Virus record (IMG/VR): IMGVR_UViG_3300045974_000132
Coordinates: 1 to 64,000 of that record
Strand: one strand, 5' to 3'
DNA: 64,000 nucleotides
The notes beneath the pieces were generated by a model. That model saw only the letters and a list, made by a program, of their open reading frames with translations, was not told where the DNA came from and searched no databases. Numbering within the stretch: position 1 is the first letter of the stretch; every line of letters begins with the position of its first letter. This document shows positions 57,326 to 64,000 of this stretch, piece after piece. The translations under genes were made by a program, and so were the position numbers.

Positions 57326-57358
57326 TAAAATAGCTAGGGGAACTTAATCCCCCTAGCT
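57326..57358 (-). terminator. Probable intrinsic terminator
   Basis: AGCTAGGGG/CCCCTAGCT 9-bp stem; ATTTT follows on the minus strand. Confidence 0.65.
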
Positions 57359-57378
57359 TGTTACAGACTAACTACCTA

Positions 57379-59172
57379 TTACTTCCAGTAAGAGACACGA
57401 ATCTTGTCAGTGCCGCTTAGAACATACAGCATAGTGATAGCAGTACCGGAGATCGTGTAGTCATTACCTGCGCCAGCATCTTGCAGTTGGCCGTTAACAA
57501 ATACCATTTCAGTACCGACAACTGGTGTATTAGCCAGTGTGTAAGTAACGTTGACACCATCAACTGTACCAGCAGGGGTTTCACTACGAACGAAACGAGT
57601 AGTACGAAGAACGTTTGCATTCAAAGTAACAGCACCCGTGTTGTCCATAGTTGCATCACCTGATAGGGTATGTGCAACAACATTGGAAGCGCCTTGGCCG
57701 ATCAGAATTGCACCAGTTGCTTGTTGCTTGGTGACAGTTTCGTCAATAGCATTCAGAGCAAGCTTGGCAGTAGTAACTGAAGCACCGGCTAGCTTTGCAG
57801 TAGTTACAGCATTGTTGGCAATAGTGATAACGCCAGCGGCTGTAATAGTTGCATCACCCGACAGAGCAACTGCTAGTGAGTTAGTACCTGCACCTTGACC
57901 AACGATCAAAGTACCAGCAGCTTGTTGAGCCATCTTGCTAAGGTCTACAGCATTAGCTGCAAGCTTACCAGTAGTGATAGCCAGAGCAGCAATAGTAAGA
58001 GCACCTGTAGCAGCAAGAGTTGCATCGCCTGACAGAGCTTGAGCAACAACATTGGAAGCGCCTTGACCAACCAGCAGAGAACCCGAAGCGATCTGAGCAA
58101 GCTTGGTTACATCAACTGAGTTATTTGCAAGCTTGGCCGTAGATACGGCACCTGCTGCAATAGTCAGAGCGCCCGTAGCTGCTAGAGTTGCATCACCCGA
58201 AATTGCTTGAGCGATAACATTGGTACCCGAACCTTGACCGACGAATACAGTACCTGCAGCGGTCTGCTTAAGGATTGTTTCATCCACAGCGTTCAGGGCA
58301 AGCTTGGCAGTAGTAACCGACAGAGCAGCCAACTTAGCAGTAGTGATTGCCAGTGCAGCAATAGTCAGAGCACCTGCGTTGGTGATAGTAGCATCGCCCG
58401 ACAGAGCAACACCCGTTGCAACATTTGTACCGTTGCCTACTAAGATGTTACCAGAAGTCAGAGCAGCCAACTTCAGACCAGTACTACCGACAGACAGTGT
58501 GCTGTCTGCAAGTGTCAGGGCAATTTGACCAGCAGTGCTTGAAATACCACCGTTAGCTGATATAACATTGAACTGACTACCGGTAAGCGTTAAGCCGTTA
58601 CCTGCTGAGTAAGTGCCTGAACCGCTAAACTGTGCGAAGGCTAGTGACGTAGTACCCAGAACGATCGGATTAGCCGTAGCCAACACCCAACCGCTAGTTG
58701 CATTTATCGTACCTTGTTCAACGAAAGTATGCAGACCAGCAGTGACTTCACCAGTAATGCTATTATCAGCATCAGAAGAACGTGCCCAAGCACCGGCAGC
58801 TACAATGTAGATACCGTTTTGGGTTGCAGTAGTTTGGTTCTTGACCAGAACACGATCACCGGCGATAACAGCTATACCGTCAATAGTCTGGGTACCAGTA
58901 AGGGCGATGTTTGCAGTAGTAGCAACACGAACAGATGCTTTTACATCCAAGCCGACTGCGATAGAATCAACGTAGTTCTTGGTTGCAAGATGTGCAGGGA
59001 GTGTCGGATCAATACCGGCAACAACTGCGGTGAAAGGAACGCTACCGTCATTCTTAACTAGCGAAGTACCGCCAGCAATCTTTGACAGAGCGATATTAGC
59101 TCCAGCTGCAACTAGCGCATCGGAAATGATGCCTGGTGAGAGTTGCTTGGCTGTAAATTGACTTTGCGACAT
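57379..59172 (-). CDS. Fibre/decoration protein with SGDAT repeats
   Basis: ATKNYVD..GLDVKASVRVATTANI.L.G.QTIDG..V..GDRVLVKNQ..NGIY head; five SGDAT..GALTI..TTAKLA-type repeats; C-terminal VFVNG..DYT module. Confidence 0.85.
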   Translation of the reverse strand: MSQSQFTAKQLSPGIISDALVAAGANIALSKIAGGTSLVKNDGSVPFTAVVAGIDPTLPAHLATKNYVDSIAVGLDVKASVRVATTANIALTGTQTIDGIAVIAGDRVLVKNQTTATQNGIYIVAAGAWARSSDADNSITGEVTAGLHTFVEQGTINATSGWVLATANPIVLGTTSLAFAQFSGSGTYSAGNGLTLTGSQFNVISANGGISSTAGQIALTLADSTLSVGSTGLKLAALTSGNILVGNGTNVATGVALSGDATITNAGALTIAALAITTAKLAALSVTTAKLALNAVDETILKQTAAGTVFVGQGSGTNVIAQAISGDATLAATGALTIAAGAVSTAKLANNSVDVTKLAQIASGSLLVGQGASNVVAQALSGDATLAATGALTIAALAITTGKLAANAVDLSKMAQQAAGTLIVGQGAGTNSLAVALSGDATITAAGVITIANNAVTTAKLAGASVTTAKLALNAIDETVTKQQATGAILIGQGASNVVAHTLSGDATMDNTGAVTLNANVLRTTRFVRSETPAGTVDGVNVTYTLANTPVVGTEMVFVNGQLQDAGAGNDYTISGTAITMLYVLSGTDKIRVSYWK

Positions 59173-59185
59173 ATTTTACCTTCCC

Positions 59186-59557
59186 TTATTTAACAAAGAT
59201 ATCTAGGACTACATTGTTTATGTCAGCTAGCTCATAGTTGTGAATTACCAATTCTGTATCTGACAGTTCGGTATAATCAACACCTGGAGCCATCCGCATA
59301 CCGTTTATATAAAGTTTCGTTGTATTAGGTTGAAATGCAACCGAACTTACTACCACAAAGATATTGTCAATGTACGTAAAAGTGGTTGCCACATTAGGAA
59401 GTTCACTACTTCCTACTTCGACAATACGGACACCCGTACTGAAGTAAAGTTTTGCATCTGCGGTGTTTATAGCAAGTTCACCTGCCTGCAGTTGTGCAGT
59501 AGTAGGGACCTTACCCGGTACATTTGACCGTTTAACCAACACTGGATTATAGCTCAT
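59186..59557 (-). CDS. Small fibre-associated protein
   Basis: KRSNVPGKVPTTAQLQAGELAINTADAKLYF N-terminal module; LYINGMRMAPGVDYT. Confidence 0.7.
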   Translation of the reverse strand: MSYNPVLVKRSNVPGKVPTTAQLQAGELAINTADAKLYFSTGVRIVEVGSSELPNVATTFTYIDNIFVVVSSVAFQPNTTKLYINGMRMAPGVDYTELSDTELVIHNYELADINNVVLDIFVK

Positions 59558-59575
59558 TTAGTCTATTCCTTTATG

Positions 59576-59791
59576 TTAGTATGTGCCAGCGTCTATATAG
59601 TCGCCGTCTAATATTAACTGTACCCATTCATTAGCTCTGCGTATGTACGGTGTTTCTTGATTACAATTATCACCATCGTTACATAGCAGCGTAAAAATAT
59701 CACCGTCTTCTGCATCTGGGGGAAGAGTATTACCTTTTCGTACACTCCGAGCAGTCGGATCATCTTGTTTAATCTTACCGTATACCTGCAT
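59576..59791 (-). CDS. Small hypothetical structural protein
   Basis: 71 aa, AGGA RBS, ends in IDAGTY like the neighbouring DGG.F termini. Confidence 0.6.
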   Translation of the reverse strand: MQVYGKIKQDDPTARSVRKGNTLPPDAEDGDIFTLLCNDGDNCNQETPYIRRANEWVQLILDGDYIDAGTY

Positions 59792-59812
59792 ACGTTCATC
59801 CTTCTATAAACG

Positions 59813-59844
59813 AAAATGGAGCGACTATCTAAGCCGCCCCATTT
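59813..59844 (-). terminator. Possible terminator hairpin
   Basis: Minus strand AAATGGGGCG...CGCTCCATTTT with one mismatch. Confidence 0.45.
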
Positions 59845-59856
59845 AATAACGTTAGC

Positions 59857-61059
59857 TTAGAAGACACCACCGTCAATTGTGTAAGATTGAAGGAACTGAA
59901 GCGTAACAGCTTCCATAGCACCGACTGGGTCTTGCGACATGTACAGAGCACCTAGCATAGTGTCACCGGCCTTGTTGACCGCCGTGTAGCCCAGAGCAGC
60001 TTGCTTGCCATCCAGTTGTGACTGAATAGAAGAAGTAACACCGACCAGGTAGTTAACTTCAGCAGCACTGGCATTGACAGCATCAAGCCAAGTGTTTTGA
60101 GCAGAAGTCAGGTGAAGAGCATAGTCAGCCAAGTGAGCATCGTAGCCGTTCTTTTCAGCAGTCGTCAAGTGAAGGTGATCACCAGCAGCGCCGCCTTGAA
60201 GATTCTTCAAAGATTCATGGGACTGGGTAGCAGCTTGAACCTTGATCCAGCGGCCAGCAGCACCTGCATCAGCGGGTTCAACAACGTCAGTACCATCAGT
60301 AGCGATAGTAGATTGAGCATCGAAGCGGAAGATAGCGCCTTCATCTTCAACCAAACGCATTTGCTTGTCTTGAAGTGTTGCAATAGCAATAGCCGTTAAG
60401 TCAGCAATGGCTTGAACCGGTGCAGCATACTCACCAGCCATAATACCAATAGAATTGTCAACGTATTGCTTAGTAGCTGCACCGAGAGCTTGAGCTGGAT
60501 CAGCAGAAAGTACAAGCAAGCCAGACATAGTATCGCCAGACTTACTAACCAGACCAGAAGCAGCAGCATCAACGTAGCCCTTAGTAGCAGCACCGTTAGT
60601 TACAGTTGGGACACCGGCTAAGACCAACGGGCCTTGCATAGTGTCGCCAGCTTGGTTTACCGGAACATAACCGATAGCATCTTGCTTGGCTACAAAAGTA
60701 GCGAAGTCAGCAGATGACAGAAGGCCAGTATCAGTAGCTGAAGCAACCTTCAGACTAATAACACCTGCAGCATCAACATCAATGTTAGCACCGACTTTAA
60801 CGCCACCCAGAACAGAAGCGGAAGCGATAGGCAGAGTATAACCAGCAGTCCAGCTAGAGATTTGAGCATCAGTGACGAAACGATGGGTACTATCTGTGGA
60901 GATGTTTGCAGCAGCATTGATAGTGAAAACTTCAGTGCCTGTATTGGCAAATAGTTTCTTATCAACAAGATTGAGACCGAGTTCGCCCAGAAGCATTTCT
61001 GCTACTGACGGGGTATAACCGGGGGTAGAACTGCGGCGTAATTGAACGCGATTAGTCAT
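59857..61059 (-). CDS. Fibre-like virion protein
   Basis: RRSSTPG.TP....LLGELGLN, LPIASASVLGGVK, AATK.YVD and (K/Q)(A/S)GDTM repeats; CAGGAG RBS. Confidence 0.8.
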   Translation of the reverse strand: MTNRVQLRRSSTPGYTPSVAEMLLGELGLNLVDKKLFANTGTEVFTINAAANISTDSTHRFVTDAQISSWTAGYTLPIASASVLGGVKVGANIDVDAAGVISLKVASATDTGLLSSADFATFVAKQDAIGYVPVNQAGDTMQGPLVLAGVPTVTNGAATKGYVDAAASGLVSKSGDTMSGLLVLSADPAQALGAATKQYVDNSIGIMAGEYAAPVQAIADLTAIAIATLQDKQMRLVEDEGAIFRFDAQSTIATDGTDVVEPADAGAAGRWIKVQAATQSHESLKNLQGGAAGDHLHLTTAEKNGYDAHLADYALHLTSAQNTWLDAVNASAAEVNYLVGVTSSIQSQLDGKQAALGYTAVNKAGDTMLGALYMSQDPVGAMEAVTLQFLQSYTIDGGVF

Positions 61060-61136
61060 TTAAAAACTCCTGAAAGTTGAGAATATGTAGATTTTATTAT
61101 GTAGTTTAAAGTACCTACAATGTAGGCAGTAGAAAG

Positions 61137-61727
61137 TTAAAACATCCCGCCGTCAAGGTTTGTAACTGTCCCTGACGCATTTGATACTAAAAGCCAACGG
61201 CCTACACCGCTAGCTGGAACAATAACACCTGCGCCTGATGCAATACTTGTAGAGTCGTAACCATAAATGGCACGTTCATTCTCTACATAAATTAGAGTCT
61301 TATCTGGAAGACCTGCTGTATCCATTGCTACCAGATCAGAAGTAGCTGCTACTGGTTGACCGATAGCTGTACCGCCGCCCGTACCACTTCCACCAGCAGC
61401 CCCGCCGCCTCCTTGATCTTCTGCTACAGAATTATAAGGAGAGAACAAGTCTGCAAATGAATAGATTGAATACCATTCTTTAGCAAAAGGATCAGATTTA
61501 AAGATTAATCTGTTCGTAGGATTAACCCATAGTTGAGTTTCAATCCCGATAACAGGCTTTGCATAGGAAATAGTTACATAGCGTTCAGGTGCTGCTAGAT
61601 CACCTTGCGATGTACTACCTTGGAGCTTAATCTTTACAGGAGTAATTGCATTAAGACCCTGTTCCTTCGCAGCATTAATCAAATTTAGCACAGCTTGTGC
61701 TAGGCGCCCTTGTAGTGAAGCAGTCAT
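61137..61727 (-). CDS. Putative virion structural protein
   Basis: Gly linker; module DL.A......DK....VE.E.AI...D...GRW shared with 59857-61059. Confidence 0.7.
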   Translation of the reverse strand: MTASLQGRLAQAVLNLINAAKEQGLNAITPVKIKLQGSTSQGDLAAPERYVTISYAKPVIGIETQLWVNPTNRLIFKSDPFAKEWYSIYSFADLFSPYNSVAEDQGGGGAAGGSGTGGGTAIGQPVAATSDLVAMDTAGLPDKTLIYVENERAIYGYDSTSIASGAGVIVPASGVGRWLLVSNASGTVTNLDGGMF

Positions 61728-62942
61728 TTACTTTCCTTCCTGTAGTTTCTTAACGAGTGCAGGTATATCCTGCGTCTGTAGCCAGTCTTCAAGTCTGTCT
61801 GTAAAGTCAGTAGGCTCAAAGGAATCTGCATCACCTAAAGGAACTATCTTACCCTTAGTTTCACTCTTGTGACCTGCACTCTCACTTCGATCAGAACTTT
61901 CAGAATTATTACCTGATAACAGATTCAAGAAATGCTCACCTAGTTCAGGAGCCATACCTGCAAGAGGCGTAAATAATGCAGCGCCCACTGCTACACCTAC
62001 TACGAGTTTAGCGGCCATGCCAGCCCAACTCTTAGCCATAAGCTTTTCTTTATCGTTTAAGTTCCCACCCTTCAAGAACTTACCAACAGCTTTCATACCT
62101 ACGCGATTGGCTTTCAACGCATGATTAATCTTCTTACGTGCATGGTAGTACGCTTTATGGAAGATTGACTTATGCCTTACGGCTTGTGTCCTTTGATTAG
62201 TATCAAGTTCCGCATCTTGATCTTGCTTAGATGGGCCCCCTGCGGGCATTACTTTAGGAGCAGGTATAGGATTGTTGATAATAGGCTTAGGTGCCGGACC
62301 GGTAGAGTCCTTGTTAGCTTGCTTAACGCTAACAGGTGACTTACTTCCTTCAGGAGGTTTCATCTTCTTGATCTGATCGTTGACCTTTTTAGGGTCACGC
62401 TCAAGATTAGAAGTAGGGGAGGGCTTTATTCCAGCTTTCTTCTGTGCTGCCTTTAGTGTCTTCTCTAAAGCAGGATTGCCTTTAGCACCCTCTTTGCTAT
62501 ACTTACTAGCAGGGTGTTGCTCAATGTACTTCTTCTTACCCAATTCAGTCTTTTTAACCCACCACTCTGGAAGTTTCACTGCTTTAGACTTGCGAGTAGT
62601 TTTAGCCTTAGCTTTCGGCTTGGCTTTTGTCTTCGTTGTTGAAGCTTTCTTTTTAACCGGATAGTTTGGTTTCTTTCTAGCGGGCTTAACAGGTTTCTTA
62701 GGTTTGGCAGGCTTCTTGAGATTGGATACGCGCTTTGAGATTGACTCATACGCAGCCGACACTGATACGCCGTTCAAACTTGCAACATTCTTGAAAATAC
62801 CCATTACGTATTTCCAGTAGTCTTCACCTTGAGGATCTTTATTCTTCTTAGCCAAATCTTTGGCTTTATTCCAGTATTCTTCTAGTTTCTTCAGAGCTAC
62901 ACCTCGCTCGTCAGCAACTTTCTTTAGGTAGGCTGTAGGCAT
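61728..62942 (-). CDS. Lys/Pro-rich basic protein, possibly virion-internal
   Basis: 404 aa; KPAKPKKP tracts, hydrophobic LVVGVAVGAALFTPLAGM segment near the C-terminus. Confidence 0.7.
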   Translation of the reverse strand: MPTAYLKKVADERGVALKKLEEYWNKAKDLAKKNKDPQGEDYWKYVMGIFKNVASLNGVSVSAAYESISKRVSNLKKPAKPKKPVKPARKKPNYPVKKKASTTKTKAKPKAKAKTTRKSKAVKLPEWWVKKTELGKKKYIEQHPASKYSKEGAKGNPALEKTLKAAQKKAGIKPSPTSNLERDPKKVNDQIKKMKPPEGSKSPVSVKQANKDSTGPAPKPIINNPIPAPKVMPAGGPSKQDQDAELDTNQRTQAVRHKSIFHKAYYHARKKINHALKANRVGMKAVGKFLKGGNLNDKEKLMAKSWAGMAAKLVVGVAVGAALFTPLAGMAPELGEHFLNLLSGNNSESSDRSESAGHKSETKGKIVPLGDADSFEPTDFTDRLEDWLQTQDIPALVKKLQEGK

Positions 62943-63094
62943 AGTTATCTCAACTCACATGCACATCGTTCTGCAACGGTTTACCTTGAAGTGTCGAGAC
63001 AGTATTCGACCATAGCACCCAAGGAAGCGTTACATAGTATTTCATTGCTTCACAAGCTCTACGAAAAGGAAGCATCCTGTAGTATTCTTTAGTT

Positions 63095-63103
63095 ATTATA
63101 CCA
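63095..63103 (-). promoter_or_regulatory. Extended -10 promoter candidate (TGnTATAAT)
   Basis: Minus strand reads TGGTATAAT just after the 63105 stop; no -35 match. Confidence 0.45.
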
Positions 63104-63104
63104 G

Positions 63105-63998
63105 TCATGATGCTTCACTCCTTGGGTAGTATTTATCGAATAGCGCATCTAGGAATTGCTTAGGCGTAAATTTATTAGTACGCATAATACCTATAAGCTT
63201 GTCTAGCATTTCACGTTCTTTTGATATGTCACCCGCTTTAGCACCCTTTGCATTATGCAGGTCTGCACTAAAGCCATGAACAGCATCTGCATACCTTAGA
63301 CGCTGAAAAGCATCGTAGGCTTTACCGCCTAAAGCTCTTGCTGCCATGTAAGGGTCTTGCCCGGGCTTTATCTTAGCAAACCAAAGTTCCAACCAAGGGC
63401 GAATTGAATTCTGCCTATTACGATACTTGAAATCGTACTCACTATTAAGTCTGTTAGCTGGGGCAAAAGCCGACTTATCAAACTTAACAGGGACTGCTTT
63501 AGCTTTATTCAACAGCATTAGTTCTTTGGTATCTTCATAAAACCAAATCTTTACACCGTGAAGTAATGCTGCCTTCTTTAAGGAAAACATTAAGTGTGTT
63601 CTTTCGTTCACATGGCAATGTATTTCCTTTATATACTTAAAAGCAGGTATCACAGGCTTGCGTGAGAATACGCGATCTTCTGATTCATACCTATCACGAC
63701 GAAGATGATACGCATCATCGGTATTGTAAGGAGCCGCATTTGCTTTATCAAGAGTTGCCCAGTAGTCTACCGGAGCAATCTTATATGACTGGCCAAGCTT
63801 ATACCCATCTAAAACAAATATAACACTTGATGACCAAACATGTTGTCTTGTATAGCTACCTACCTTAGTGCGTGTTGTACTAAGGTAGTAAGCTCCTTTA
63901 CCTAATGCTTCCTCTGCTGAAGTACCTTCACTAGGCTTTAGATAAAACTTATCCTGCGTAACGATTTGAGCAGCTGGACTTAAGGTAGTCAGATGGTA
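63105..63998 (-). CDS. 5'-truncated ORF with ADP-ribosyltransferase-like motifs; runs off the window
   Basis: Manual translation shows the frame is open from 63998: YHLTTLSPAAQIV...YYLSTTR...VIFVLDG...RYESEDRVFSRKPVIPAFKY, joining the 63653 ORF. Confidence 0.6.
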   Translation of the reverse strand, partial: YHLTTLSPAAQIVTQDKFYLKPSEGTSAEEALGKGAYYLSTTRTKVGSYTRQHVWSSSVIFVLDGYKLGQSYKIAPVDYWATLDKANAAPYNTDDAYHLRRDRYESEDRVFSRKPVIPAFKYIKEIHCHVNERTHLMFSLKKAALLHGVKIWFYEDTKELMLLNKAKAVPVKFDKSAFAPANRLNSEYDFKYRNRQNSIRPWLELWFAKIKPGQDPYMAARALGGKAYDAFQRLRYADAVHGFSADLHNAKGAKAGDISKEREMLDKLIGIMRTNKFTPKQFLDALFDKYYPRSEAS

Positions 63999-64000
63999 TA

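Noticed and set aside
62950-63075. 41-codon minus-strand ORF (MLPFRRACEAMKYY...) downstream of the extended -10
   Set aside because: Short, weak RBS and no recognisable motif; it could be real but cannot be supported.
1-64000. Stop-codon reassignment as seen in some large phages
   Set aside because: Standard code gives dense, long, tightly overlapping ORFs ending in TAA, TGA and TAG; no fragmentation needs explaining.

Overview
A 64 kb segment of a large (probably jumbo) contractile-tailed dsDNA phage. A Gram-negative host is inferred from an i-spanin/o-spanin pair. No rRNA, tRNA or CRISPR array was recognised. 1-24.4 kb (+) is a replication and nucleotide-metabolism block: intein-containing SNF2-type helicase, free-standing HNH endonuclease, family A DNA polymerase with an N-terminal UDG-like domain, QueE, DnaN-like clamp, UvsW-like SF2 helicase, degenerate DnaC-like ATPase, HAD phosphatase, FolE, QueD-like protein, P-loop kinase, HNH and a SET-domain protein. 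24.6-53.3 kb (+) holds a T4 gp18-like tail sheath, a long run of fibre/decoration genes (Ig-like, collagen-like, coiled-coil repeat, an 11-LamG giant), spanins and a permuted NlpC/P60 protein. 53.4-64 kb (-) is a second, convergent fibre/LamG cluster ending in a truncated ORF with ADP-ribosyltransferase-like motifs. Best leads: a Tat-signal protein with a tail-tube-like domain and a stand-alone tail-sheath C-terminal fragment, both inside the folE/queD operon; a FolE-QueD-QueE deazaguanine pathway with no QueC/DpdA in the window; and a highly base-paired ~160 nt intergenic element (23152-23309). All family calls come from motif recognition by eye, not database searches.
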